Sequence record: OQ420740.1
DNA: 64,000 bases
From: Escherichia phage B9-1
Reading direction: 5' to 3' (one strand)
Part shown: positions 1 to 8,795 of the stretch, one piece after another
How the letters are laid out: each line of letters begins with the position of its first letter
Numbering within the stretch: the stretch's first letter is position 1
The notes under the pieces: generated by a model
The model's input: only the letters and a program-made list of their open reading frames with translations
Databases searched by the model: none
Told to the model about the DNA's origin: nothing
Made by a program: the position numbers and the translations under genes

Positions 1-2
1 TG

Positions 3-347
3 AGTAAAGACACCATCAAAAAGGCTAAAGATAATTGGGACGCAGCATACGCCGCAGGCCTAGTTTCTGAAAACCTTTTCCACTTGACCTCTACAGATGC
101 TTTCACTATTGAAAAGACGTGGATTCAAGAAGAGTTTGATGTTGTAGTAATTGGTACTGAGCAGGTCATCAAGGCTGGCTCTTGGGTTGCTAAAGTTAAA
201 TACAATAATCCTGAATTATGGGAAGCTAAGAAGGCTGGCATTGTTGGTGGCCTAAGCATTCAGGCAACAGGTAATGTTGATGAAGAGACGGGCGAAATTA
301 CCAATGTAAATTTCGGGATCAGTGTTGTAGAAGAGGGCAATGAATAA
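3..347 (+). CDS. 5-prime-truncated CDS, C-terminal part of a head morphogenesis protein (identity unresolved)
   Basis: Frame open from window edge (nt 3) to TAA 345-347; stop overlaps next ATG (TAATG); lies directly upstream of scaffold-like gene. Confidence 0.45.
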   Translation, partial: SKDTIKKAKDNWDAAYAAGLVSENLFHLTSTDAFTIEKTWIQEEFDVVVIGTEQVIKAGSWVAKVKYNNPELWEAKKAGIVGGLSIQATGNVDEETGEITNVNFGISVVEEGNE

Positions 348-1324
348 TGTCTGAAAAAACAATCACTATTAAAGAGAAGGGGATTGCCCTGTGCCATAAG
401 GCGCAAGGCTATAGCGCTAACAACAGACCTGTATCTCTTTTGATGAAGAGTGATCTTCAGCCTGAGCAGTTAACAGACGATATTGTTAAGGCACTTCGCC
501 AAGTTACTGTGGAGCTGAGTTTTGAAGAATACCTGCGTCGTTTCTTCGATATGTGGTATGACGATGCCAAAGCACTCGCACACATGCTTGGTTTTGAGAT
601 TGAAGAGGAGGCTTGGGCTAAAGAGCATCCTGATTGGGAATGGGCGCAAGCTGACGCAGAGTCTTGTATTGCATGGCTGGAAGAGCGTTGTGATAACGTG
701 ACCATTCATAAAGCTGCAAAAGAAGGCAAGCAGCTTAGTGTGGTAGATCAGTACAGTCTGTTAAAAACACAACAGATTTTTGAACAAGTAACCGCTGATC
801 TCTTCGATAAAGAAGGGAACCTGATCAAGGCGGTACAGGAACCTGCTGAGGTGGATAAAACTACCGAGGTGGATGATGTTGCAAAATCCGCAAATACCGA
901 GGAGAATCCGGTGGACGTAACCAAAACTAAAGAGTATCTGGATCTGCTGAAGCAAGTAGAAGAGCTGAAAGCAACCCAGAGTAAAGCTGAAGAAATCATC
1001 AAGGCCCAGATTGAAGTTGAAAAAGCTAAAATGCTGGCTAAGGCTCAAGCTTTAAGCTTTGTTAGTGAAGAAGATCATGCAACACTGGTTGACTTCATGC
1101 TGGAAAAAGCTAACGAACCTATCGTAGCTATGCTAGAGAAAGCTCAAGCCAAAATTAAAGAGCTTGAAGCAGAAGTGCATAAAACTAAAGAAGAGTTTGC
1201 CACCACTGAACATGGTAATGATGGCGAACCTGTTGTGGATGATATTGCAAAATCCGCAGAAGAAGTTCTTGCTGAAAACGTTGCAAAAGCACTTGCTCGT
1301 GCACGTGCAGAATCTGCCAAATAA
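347..1324 (+). CDS. head scaffolding protein (candidate)
   Basis: 325 aa, strongly E/K/A-rich helical-type composition, repeated motif VDD(V/I)AKSA near aa 180 and 298; translationally coupled; sits just upstream of capsid genes. Confidence 0.55.
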   Translation: MSEKTITIKEKGIALCHKAQGYSANNRPVSLLMKSDLQPEQLTDDIVKALRQVTVELSFEEYLRRFFDMWYDDAKALAHMLGFEIEEEAWAKEHPDWEWAQADAESCIAWLEERCDNVTIHKAAKEGKQLSVVDQYSLLKTQQIFEQVTADLFDKEGNLIKAVQEPAEVDKTTEVDDVAKSANTEENPVDVTKTKEYLDLLKQVEELKATQSKAEEIIKAQIEVEKAKMLAKAQALSFVSEEDHATLVDFMLEKANEPIVAMLEKAQAKIKELEAEVHKTKEEFATTEHGNDGEPVVDDIAKSAEEVLAENVAKALARARAESAK

Positions 1325-1344
1325 GACATTAACGGGGGAAATAA

Positions 1345-1734
1345 ATGATTACCACTCAATATTCTGATATCGTGCTCGGCAAAGTTGATTCTAGCGATGC
1401 TGGCTACAATTTTAAAGAGATGGAAATTACACTGACAGAGCATCACCACGCTGGCACGGTTGTGACCAAAGATGGTAGCATTGCCAATCAGGACGGTTCA
1501 GACGCTTACGGCGTTCTGGTGGATCGTGCTTTAATTCCAGACTCCTCTGGTAAAGTGCATATCGCTGAACCTCTTGGCACAAAGAAATATAAACTGGTTG
1601 TTGCTGTGCGTGGTGTTACTTTTGCCAAGGATAAATTGCTGGCAACTGGTGGCGCTAAAGCAGCACAGGCTGTGTTAGACAAGCTTGAGGCTCTGGGTAA
1701 CAAGGTTCAAGTCCAGACCCTTGGTGATGAGTAA
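1345..1734 (+). CDS. small capsid accessory / decoration-like protein (candidate)
   Basis: 129-aa ORF with RBS GGGGGAA before ATG, optimal codon usage, in the position lambda D occupies between scaffold and major capsid gene; fold not verified. Confidence 0.4.
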   Translation: MITTQYSDIVLGKVDSSDAGYNFKEMEITLTEHHHAGTVVTKDGSIANQDGSDAYGVLVDRALIPDSSGKVHIAEPLGTKKYKLVVAVRGVTFAKDKLLATGGAKAAQAVLDKLEALGNKVQVQTLGDE

Positions 1735-1781
1735 GCCCTAAATTGTTCGGGAAATATTTAAGTTTTACTTTGGAGAAATAA

Positions 1782-2789
1782 ATGATTACTCGTAAAGATG
1801 AATTTGGCATTGTTGATTTAGGTGCTACTCTGGAACTTGTTCCGCGCCAATTCCGACTGATTACTGGTATGGATCTGTTCGAAACCCGTCTCGGCACCTC
1901 AACGATTGCTCAGATCGAGCGTGTTGATGAAGTTGTAACCGACATTCCGGCACGCCGTCGTGGTGGTGAGCGTAACTACGTCGGTAGTGAACGTGCCCAG
2001 GTTAAAAACCTGAACATCCCGTTCTTCCCTCTGGACAAAGGCATCACTGCCGCAGATGTTCAGAACTTCCGTCGTTACTTCACCCCTGATGCTCCGAAAA
2101 CTGTTCAGGACGTAGTAACCCGCGTTGTTCGCCGTATCCGTGTTTCTCATGAAGCACTGCGTGAGAAAGCACTGTTCCAGGCTATTCTGGGTAAATCCTA
2201 TGCACCTGGTGACACCACCTGTCAGTATGACTACTACACTCTGTGGGGTGTTGAACAGAAATCTGTTGAGATTGACCCTGCAAAAGCAGATCAGGATCCT
2301 ATGGAGGTTCTGGAAGAGGCTCGTCTGCACATCGCGCTGCAAGCTGGTGATAACGCAGCTGGCTATCGCATTGTAGCTCTGTGCTCACCGGAGTTCTTCA
2401 GTGCTATTACCCATCACCCACTGGTAGAACTGGCATACACCTATTACGGCTCTGCTCAGGAACCTCTGCGTCGCCGTCTGGGTGCTGGCGGTCAAGACAG
2501 CGTATACCGCGTGTTTGAACATAAAGGTATCACCTTTATCGAAGATATCTCTGGCAATATTCCTAAGAAAGAAGCTCGCATCCTGCCGATGGGTATTGAT
2601 CAGATGTTCCAGCTGCACTTTGCTCCGGCAGATGATGTTAACGAAGCAAACACCCCTGCACAGGAACTGTACATGTGGTATAAACACTCTGCATACCTGC
2701 GTGAAGAGAAGATTGAATCTGAAACTTCAATGCTGGCAGTTAACACCCGCCCAGAGCTGGTTGTTAAAGCAACTCTGAAAGGTGACTAA
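1782..2789 (+). CDS. major capsid protein (candidate)
   Basis: 335 aa, strong RBS (GGAGAAATAAATG), strongest optimal-codon bias in window (CTG/CGT/GGT/AAA/GAA), follows scaffold, followed by strong terminator. Confidence 0.6.
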   Translation: MITRKDEFGIVDLGATLELVPRQFRLITGMDLFETRLGTSTIAQIERVDEVVTDIPARRRGGERNYVGSERAQVKNLNIPFFPLDKGITAADVQNFRRYFTPDAPKTVQDVVTRVVRRIRVSHEALREKALFQAILGKSYAPGDTTCQYDYYTLWGVEQKSVEIDPAKADQDPMEVLEEARLHIALQAGDNAAGYRIVALCSPEFFSAITHHPLVELAYTYYGSAQEPLRRRLGAGGQDSVYRVFEHKGITFIEDISGNIPKKEARILPMGIDQMFQLHFAPADDVNEANTPAQELYMWYKHSAYLREEKIESETSMLAVNTRPELVVKATLKGD

Positions 2790-2813
2790 TCACTAAGGTG
2801 ATTCATCCCATAT

Positions 2814-2848
2814 GGGGAGGGGGTTCTCCCCTCCCCTTTTTATTTATT
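2814..2848 (+). terminator. rho-independent terminator after capsid gene
   Basis: Perfect 9-bp stem GGGGAGGGG / CCCCTCCCC, loop GTTCT, then TTTTTATTTATT. Confidence 0.75.
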
Positions 2849-2869
2849 AGGGTTTAACAGGAGTGTCCC

Positions 2870-3724
2870 GTGAAGAGAGCCGTATATCCAGTCGAGTATG
2901 ATCCTCTATTAAGAGTTTTCAACAATCAGTTAAGTTTTTATCAATTTTTAGCACAATACAATCCAGAAATCAATGTTGGTTTATCAGCCCTGCTGCCACC
3001 AACAGAATTCGTTATTGGCAGTGTTCACTATCCGTGCAGAACGATTGTAGACTTCTTCGAGAAGATTGCAAAACACACAGGCCTGCCAATTGATACTGGT
3101 ATCTCAACTATCCGTATGGGTGTTATTCTTCTGTTCTTCACAGAGAACCTTGATGAAAGCACTTTAACACTGCAAAGCGGTGATGTCAATATCACACTCA
3201 CCCCGTCAGTGTTTAAAGAGGTAGATGCCGCTTTCAAAGTTTCAGTGGCAGAAGGTCATCTGTGGGACCCTGAAGGGATGCCCAAAAAAGTGACCATAAA
3301 CGATGAGCAATGCGATGTTGCTTATGCAGAAGATACCCAGACTTTCACCATTGAGTGGCCTAAGAAACGTTCCCAGGTTGTAAATCTTGGGCTGACTTCT
3401 ACAGTGGCCCCAGAACCTGAACCAGAGCCGGAGCCACCTGTAGGCCCTACTGAACCTGGTGGTGGCAGTGAGGAATCACCAGGTCCGACCGCACCGGAGG
3501 GTACGGAAGGTACTGAGCAGGATCCTGAACAGGCACAAGAATCAAGATCTTCTCACGGCGATGTTGATGCCATACTGCAGCAAGCCGCAGCTCTTAACAA
3601 CGAAGATGACAAGAGTGGTTCGAAAGATGCACTCCAAACCTTCGCTAAAGAGCACGGTGTTACCTTAAGTAAGGCAAAAACTTTCCAAAATATGATGAAA
3701 GATTTTGAGGCTGCACTGGCATAA
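2870..3724 (+). CDS. hypothetical virion protein with acidic Pro-rich linker
   Basis: 284-aa ORF, GTG start after GGAG; contains low-complexity linker APEPEPEPEPPVGPTEPGGGSEESPGPTAPEGTEGTEQDPEQ; lies between capsid gene and head-tail joining genes. Confidence 0.55.
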   Translation: MKRAVYPVEYDPLLRVFNNQLSFYQFLAQYNPEINVGLSALLPPTEFVIGSVHYPCRTIVDFFEKIAKHTGLPIDTGISTIRMGVILLFFTENLDESTLTLQSGDVNITLTPSVFKEVDAAFKVSVAEGHLWDPEGMPKKVTINDEQCDVAYAEDTQTFTIEWPKKRSQVVNLGLTSTVAPEPEPEPEPPVGPTEPGGGSEESPGPTAPEGTEGTEQDPEQAQESRSSHGDVDAILQQAAALNNEDDKSGSKDALQTFAKEHGVTLSKAKTFQNMMKDFEAALA

Positions 3725-3734
3725 TTTTGTTAAG

Positions 3735-3768
3735 GCCCCTTCCAAATCAGGAATGGGGCTTTATTTTT
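3735..3768 (+). terminator. intrinsic terminator-like hairpin
   Basis: Stem GCCCCTTCC / GGAA(t)GGGGC, loop AAATCA, followed by TTTATTTTT; overlaps the first 19 codons of the ORF-track start at 3727. Confidence 0.5.
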
Positions 3769-3783
3769 ACGAGGTATTTTCAA

Positions 3784-4404
3784 ATGGCATGGTATGAAGA
3801 TGAAGAGATTATCCCGTCACCGCCTAACCATGATGGTGTAGTCGATACCCCAGAAGAACCACCAAAAGAAGATCCTGTGCCTCCGGAACCTGATCCAGAC
3901 CAACCTCTTATCGATATTATGAGGTTATTGCTTGGCAATGTTGATGAGGAAACACTCCCTGATGAGGTAATTAAAACATTCCTTGACATGGAGAAGCTGA
4001 AACTAAACTATCCTGCAGACCCCGATAAGCTACCCCTGCTTAAGTACAATGTGCTTGTGCAGCTTGTGCGGTGGCTGATGATGCAGGAAGTTTCCAGCGG
4101 TAATGCAAGTATAACTTCTCGTCTGGAAAAAATAGGTGATGAGACCATAGAGATTCGTGGTGGATCTTCCTACGCTCAGTGGAAAGATTTTCTTGATTGG
4201 TTGCTGGCACACCCAGATTATGTAGACTCTGAGCTAGATGCTTATAGCAGAATGATTATCATCGGTGGTGTTCGTGTAGACGAGGGAATTCGGGTTAAAT
4301 TTAATGAAAACAGTAACGGCCCGTTCGATGTTCAAGGGATTACACCTATCAGTGGTCTAAATAATCAACCTCCTCGCCACCCAAGACGCAAACGCAGTTT
4401 TTAA
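3784..4404 (+). CDS. hypothetical head-tail joining protein
   Basis: In-frame ATG at 3784 downstream of the terminator hairpin (ORF-track start 3727 lies inside the hairpin); acidic Pro-rich N-terminus; position between capsid and tail genes. Confidence 0.5.
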   Translation: MAWYEDEEIIPSPPNHDGVVDTPEEPPKEDPVPPEPDPDQPLIDIMRLLLGNVDEETLPDEVIKTFLDMEKLKLNYPADPDKLPLLKYNVLVQLVRWLMMQEVSSGNASITSRLEKIGDETIEIRGGSSYAQWKDFLDWLLAHPDYVDSELDAYSRMIIIGGVRVDEGIRVKFNENSNGPFDVQGITPISGLNNQPPRHPRRKRSF

Positions 4405-4410
4405 AAATTG

Positions 4411-4439
4411 TTGCTTTTGATGTATCTTTGTGGTAAAAT
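4411..4439 (+). promoter_or_regulatory. sigma70-like promoter (-35 TTGCTT, 17-bp spacer, extended -10 TGGTAAAAT)
   Basis: TTGCTT at 4411-4416, TAAAAT at 4434-4439 preceded by TGG; same motif recurs at 7936, 23049 and 28560. Confidence 0.5.
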
Positions 4440-4457
4440 ACATTAGTGAGGAATATA

Positions 4458-4916
4458 ATGCTAAAGGTTAAATGTCAAACAAGGTTCAACCTAAAGCGTT
4501 TAGATCGCTTTTATAAAGACCTTGTGAAACTTGAAAGCAAAACAATAACCTACGGCTTTTATGATGAACCTCACCCGTCAGGCTTAAATATGGCAACATT
4601 GGCAGCTATTCACAACTTCGGTTGGAACGGGCTGCCTGTTCGCAATTTCATGGAGACGGCCTTTGCATTTCACAGCACGCAACTACAGACCTTGACAGAA
4701 AAATTGTTGAGAGCTATGGCTAGAGGATCAAGTGCAGAGGCTGTTCTTAGGCAGATGGGGGACACAGGGGCCAAAGCTATCCAGTTTGTTATTGAGGCTG
4801 GTCAGTTTAGTAACCCTACTGTTAGTGAGCAGTGGGCACAAGAGAAGGGCTTCAACGAGGCTATGCGGCATTACGATGTGCTGCTTGAATCTGCAACCTT
4901 TAAAATTGGACAGTAA
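4458..4916 (+). CDS. HK97 gp10-like head-tail connector / tail completion protein (candidate)
   Basis: ATG 4458 after GAGGA; segment TITYGFYDEPHPSGLNMATLAAIHNFGW resembles the gp10-family signature as recalled; position in head-tail joining cluster. Confidence 0.45.
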   Translation: MLKVKCQTRFNLKRLDRFYKDLVKLESKTITYGFYDEPHPSGLNMATLAAIHNFGWNGLPVRNFMETAFAFHSTQLQTLTEKLLRAMARGSSAEAVLRQMGDTGAKAIQFVIEAGQFSNPTVSEQWAQEKGFNEAMRHYDVLLESATFKIGQ

Positions 4917-4934
4917 AAATAAGGGGGTGGTTGA

Positions 4935-5360
4935 GTGGCAGCAGGTTATAAGCTGATAGGAAAGAACAGGCTAATACCTCGTAAAACATTCAAAGGTCGC
5001 CACAGAGTGTATAACAAAACAGTTGGCAGTCCTTTTGCTAACGAGGGGTTAGAACTTGAGTATGAAGAGTTTGATGTCTTAGAGTGTGTTGTGCAGCCGT
5101 TGACAGGAAGAGCAGCTAAAGATTACTCCTCCCAGATAAATCCTGAGGGTGACAGACAGTACGAGGCTTTTACAGTTTACTCCTCAACCAAGTTGTATAG
5201 TCCAGACGAAGGAACATATGCAATGGCTGATCAAATTCAACTGCCTGACATCCGTGGTGACCTGAAGTGGTTTACCGTTTTAAAATGCGATTCTTATGTC
5301 ACGTCTGGTGGTGGAAGATACAGATTTTTTGTGGTAGAAGAGCCTGAAGGAGAAAACTGA
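4935..5360 (+). CDS. hypothetical head-tail joining protein
   Basis: 141-aa ORF, GTG start after AAGGGGG; stop overlaps next start (TGATG). Confidence 0.5.
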   Translation: MAAGYKLIGKNRLIPRKTFKGRHRVYNKTVGSPFANEGLELEYEEFDVLECVVQPLTGRAAKDYSSQINPEGDRQYEAFTVYSSTKLYSPDEGTYAMADQIQLPDIRGDLKWFTVLKCDSYVTSGGGRYRFFVVEEPEGEN

Positions 5361-5911
5361 TGGAAGCTTTCGAAAAAGTTTTTTCTGATCTTGAAACAAC
5401 CATCGCTAAGCTTGTCAAGGTTGCCACAGGAAGAACTGTAGTTCTGGCAGAAAGCTCTACCATACCGAAGCCGGAAGGTGAGTTTGTACTTTTGCAAACC
5501 CTGGCGATCAATCCCACCACTTGGGAAGATAATGAGTTTCAAGATGCGGAGGGTAATGCTTACGTCACCCACAGTTACACTGTCACTTATCTGTTAACAG
5601 CTTATCGCGGCAGGGCATATGCTGCACTTAGCAGAGTATTGCAAGCAATAAACCTTCCAATGTTTTATGACAAGTATTTCCCTCTGGGGTCGTGCTTTGC
5701 CTACTCTAACAATTCGACAATTTCACCTCAAAGGGTGCCGTTGAATAAGCAGACGTATGAAAATAGAGCCACCGTAATGCTGACATTTAACGTAAGGTTT
5801 GTTGAGACAGACATTGGGGCTTTTGAGGATCTTCAGGGAATTAAGGCTGAAATAACCACACACTTCCCTTCACCCAATTCTGGTAAAGCGGTTACAGACA
5901 GTGGTCAGTAA
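5360..5911 (+). CDS. hypothetical virion protein
   Basis: 183-aa ORF translationally coupled to upstream ORF; immediately precedes sheath gene. Confidence 0.5.
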   Translation: MEAFEKVFSDLETTIAKLVKVATGRTVVLAESSTIPKPEGEFVLLQTLAINPTTWEDNEFQDAEGNAYVTHSYTVTYLLTAYRGRAYAALSRVLQAINLPMFYDKYFPLGSCFAYSNNSTISPQRVPLNKQTYENRATVMLTFNVRFVETDIGAFEDLQGIKAEITTHFPSPNSGKAVTDSGQ

Positions 5912-5926
5912 TCGTTATAATTGTGT

Positions 5927-5943
5927 AGTGTAATGATTACACT
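5927..5943. promoter_or_regulatory. perfect inverted repeat AGTGTAAT-g-ATTACACT upstream of sheath gene
   Basis: 8-bp arms with 1-nt spacer in the 72-nt gap before the sheath ATG; possible operator or mRNA hairpin. Confidence 0.3.
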
Positions 5944-5983
5944 GCGTGTTTGATATCCGTGCACAGATATTAAGAGGAAACAA

Positions 5984-7360
5984 ATGCCATATTTAGATAA
6001 AGTGGTAGATGTTACAGTTAACCTCGGAACCCAACCTATTGACACTGTAGGTTTCGAAACTCCCCTGTTCATCGCTATCCACAACAACTTTACTGAGCGA
6101 GCTCGCGTATATGCGGAGCTGGATCAGATGGTGGAAGATGGTTTCGCACAAGGCTCTGCAGCGTATGAGTTTGCAGCAAAAGCTTTTGGTGGTGTATTCC
6201 CTCCACAATATGTTATGATCGGCAGACAGGCCAAAGAAAAAACCACTGTAGACTTTAAAGGTATTGCTGCCGCAGCCGATACCGATGTCGTAATGACTAT
6301 TGCAAAAGGTGGCTACAATACCTCTCTGATAGTGCCTATCTCTGGTGGAACAGGTGCAACTCAGATTGCAGAGTCAATGAAGACTAAAATCGAAGCAGAT
6401 GATAATTTGGACGGTATCACTGTAGAGGCTGAAGAAGGTGTTATCACCATCACTGGTAACTGCACTGTTGGTTATCATACTGGTAACTATACAATCAAGA
6501 ATATTGCCAATTCTGAAAAACCTTCTACAGTAGTTGATAAGATCAATGCTGAGCGGGACAATTGGTACTTCCTGTGCCATGAAGACCACACCGACATTGA
6601 AGCATGTGCTAAGTGGGCTCAGGCCAACTACAAGCTGCACGTCTACTCTACTGCAGAAGATGTGACTGGCAAAGATAGTAACATCGCTACCAAACTGAAA
6701 GCTGCACAATATGACAGTGTTGGCATGTACGATCCTCGTGCAGATAAGGACTTCCCGGAGGGTGGTATCATAGGTGCTATGGCATCCAACGATCCGTCCT
6801 ACGGTGACAGCTTGCACTTAAAACAGATGCCAGGTGTGATTGCACCATCTCTGACTTTAACTCAGCGTATGGCTATTTGGGAAAACCACGTTAACTTCTA
6901 CAGAATGATTAACGGTGTTGGCGCTTTCTGGGAAGGTAAGTGTGCTTCAGGTCAGTATGCAGACGCTATTCGTTTTGCACACTGGATCAAGTTCAGATCT
7001 GAAGAATCCATGTTTGGGTACATGCATCGCCGCTCCAATATGGGTTTAAGCATGAAGATGTCTGATGATGATCTTCCGGTTATCAAGTCTGTTCTGATGA
7101 ACAACCCGATCAATACTGGCATTAAGAATGGCGCGATCCTGACAGGTTTTGACGAAGACAACAATGTGTTCTACGACCCGATCATCACAGTTCCTAAACG
7201 TGCAGAGATCCCAACCAATCAGTTGGCTGCTCGTGTTCTGGAAGGTGTGAAAGTAGAACTGGTGTATAACAACGCCCTGCACTTCGTTCGTATCCGGATC
7301 AACGTCCTTCTGGACAAAGTTGGTTCTAAATCCACCAATGCTGTTGCAATGACTGAATAA
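5984..7360 (+). CDS. tail sheath protein (candidate)
   Basis: 458 aa, strong RBS AAGAGGAAACAAATG, optimal codon usage; order 458 aa + 157 aa + chaperone + tape measure is the canonical sheath-tube-chaperone-TMP order of contractile tails. Confidence 0.55.
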   Translation: MPYLDKVVDVTVNLGTQPIDTVGFETPLFIAIHNNFTERARVYAELDQMVEDGFAQGSAAYEFAAKAFGGVFPPQYVMIGRQAKEKTTVDFKGIAAAADTDVVMTIAKGGYNTSLIVPISGGTGATQIAESMKTKIEADDNLDGITVEAEEGVITITGNCTVGYHTGNYTIKNIANSEKPSTVVDKINAERDNWYFLCHEDHTDIEACAKWAQANYKLHVYSTAEDVTGKDSNIATKLKAAQYDSVGMYDPRADKDFPEGGIIGAMASNDPSYGDSLHLKQMPGVIAPSLTLTQRMAIWENHVNFYRMINGVGAFWEGKCASGQYADAIRFAHWIKFRSEESMFGYMHRRSNMGLSMKMSDDDLPVIKSVLMNNPINTGIKNGAILTGFDEDNNVFYDPIITVPKRAEIPTNQLAARVLEGVKVELVYNNALHFVRIRINVLLDKVGSKSTNAVAMTE

Positions 7361-7370
7361 GGAAGACTAG

Positions 7371-7844
7371 ATGGAAACTCAAATTTTAACTCCTTATGCT
7401 TATGACCCTAAAAAGGTCAAACTGTACCTGATGCAGCAGCGTGTCACTGGCTTCGCTGCTGACACCAAGATCGTTGTTTCAAGAAACGAAGACAACATCT
7501 ACCCTCATGTTGGTGTGGATGGCGAAATGTCTGCGGCCCTGTCTCGTAACCAATCCGGTGTTATGACTGTGTCTTTGCAGAACACTTCTGTATGGAACGC
7601 TTACCTTTCTGACTGGCAGAAACAGGCATCTATTACTGGTCTGGTATTCTTCCCGGTTCTGCTGGAAGGTAGCCAGGGTCCTGGTATTGCTACAATCGGT
7701 TGGATCCAAAAACAGCCTGACCTCACTTACGGAACTGAAGTAGGTCAGCTGGACTGGGATATCGGTATTCTGGATGCATGGCTCAACCGTGACAACATCA
7801 CTGGTGCCCTCACTGGCCTCGCAGGTCTTGCAGGTATTATCTAA
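7371..7844 (+). CDS. tail tube protein (candidate)
   Basis: 157 aa, RBS AAGGAAGA, directly after sheath candidate and before chaperone/TMP; followed by terminator. Confidence 0.55.
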   Translation: METQILTPYAYDPKKVKLYLMQQRVTGFAADTKIVVSRNEDNIYPHVGVDGEMSAALSRNQSGVMTVSLQNTSVWNAYLSDWQKQASITGLVFFPVLLEGSQGPGIATIGWIQKQPDLTYGTEVGQLDWDIGILDAWLNRDNITGALTGLAGLAGII

Positions 7845-7861
7845 GGGCACACTTTAGTATA

Positions 7862-7896
7862 AGCCTCACCTTCGGGTGGGGCTTTTTTGCTTTTAT
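7862..7896 (+). terminator. rho-independent terminator after tube gene
   Basis: Stem CCTCACC / GGTGGGG (one G-T wobble), loop TTCG, then TTTTTTGCTTTTAT. Confidence 0.7.
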
Positions 7897-7935
7897 GGTT
7901 TTGACAAACTCTTTTGGATTGCTTGAAAGGTTAAA

Positions 7936-7964
7936 TTGACAATGCACCATAATCATGGTAAAAT
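7936..7964 (+). promoter_or_regulatory. sigma70-like promoter (TTGACA, 17 bp, TGGTAAAAT)
   Basis: Consensus -35 TTGACA at 7936-7941, 17-nt spacer, TAAAAT at 7959-7964 with upstream TGG; about 45 nt before chaperone gene. Confidence 0.6.
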
Positions 7965-8007
7965 ACACAAATATGGTGCACAACATGACTAATAAGGATG
8001 CTATAAA

Positions 8008-8481
8008 ATGGCTATAAACTTTAGACCTACAACAGAGATTGATTTAGCAGGGCACAACTTTGTGATCACCCACTGGGGACCGATGAAAGCAATGAAAAAC
8101 ATGCCTAAAATCGGTAAGATTGTGGCTGTCCCGCTAGGTGCTGTCGGTGGATCTATTCTCTCAGGTGGTCAAAATATGGCAGAGGTCCTTCCTACAGCCT
8201 TGGCTTACCTGTTCCAAGAACTCGATGATAACTCTATTGAAGAGTTATTTAAAATCTTGTTCGAAGATATTACCGTGGATGGTGTGGATAAGCTTAACCC
8301 TGATGTTGTGTTTGCAGGGCATTTGCTGGAGATGATTAAGCTGGCAGGTAAGGTTCTGGAGGTTAACTACGGCTGTTTTTTCACACAAGACGGTTTAGGA
8401 AGCCTTCTGGAGATGTTACAGCAGATGGGTATGATCCAGCAGGTGAACAATCTGGATCAGACTCCGGAAGAGCAGGAATAA
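8008..8481 (+). CDS. tail assembly chaperone (G-like)
   Basis: 157-aa acidic ORF between tube and tape measure genes; contains slippery heptamer T TTT TTC at 8376-8382. Confidence 0.6.
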   Translation: MAINFRPTTEIDLAGHNFVITHWGPMKAMKNMPKIGKIVAVPLGAVGGSILSGGQNMAEVLPTALAYLFQELDDNSIEELFKILFEDITVDGVDKLNPDVVFAGHLLEMIKLAGKVLEVNYGCFFTQDGLGSLLEMLQQMGMIQQVNNLDQTPEEQE

Positions 8482-8741
8482 GCAAGGTTGTTGTGAGGGC
8501 CAGTGAGTGGGCAGCCAAGAACAGTTCACTTAACTGGTTCGACTTTCTTTGGTGCAGGGTGCTCAAGAATTTCAAAGGGGAAAATTTTGAATCGCTAAAT
8601 CTTGCAGATATGGCGTATTTCCTGAAACTCTGTGAGTATCTTGATATCGAAGAATTCCTAGATACCGTCCAAAACAGGGAAATGGAGCGGGAGCAGAAGG
8701 CTGCCGCAGCTGCTGCGAAAGCTAAGCGCAGGAGAGGATAA
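8008..8741 (+). CDS. tail assembly chaperone frameshift product (G-T-like), predicted -1 slip at TTTTTTC 8376-8382
   Basis: The -1 frame is open with no stop from the slip site through 8741 and ends in a basic tail (AAAAAAKAKRRRG); matches the conserved G/GT arrangement upstream of tape measure genes. Confidence 0.45.
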
Positions 8742-8745
8742 TCTA

Positions 8746-8784
8746 AGGGCCGGATTCCTTTTCTGGGATCTGGCCCTTTTTATT
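8746..8784 (+). terminator. terminator-like / attenuator hairpin before tape measure gene
   Basis: Imperfect stem GGGCCGGAT...ATCTGGCCC followed by TTTTTATT, 12 nt before TMP ATG. Confidence 0.35.
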
Positions 8785-8795
8785 ATGAGGAAAGC

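Noticed and set aside
3727-3783. ORF-track start at 3727 for the 3784..4404 gene
   Set aside because: The first 19 codons coincide with an intrinsic terminator hairpin and T-tract; in-frame ATG at 3784 is more plausible.
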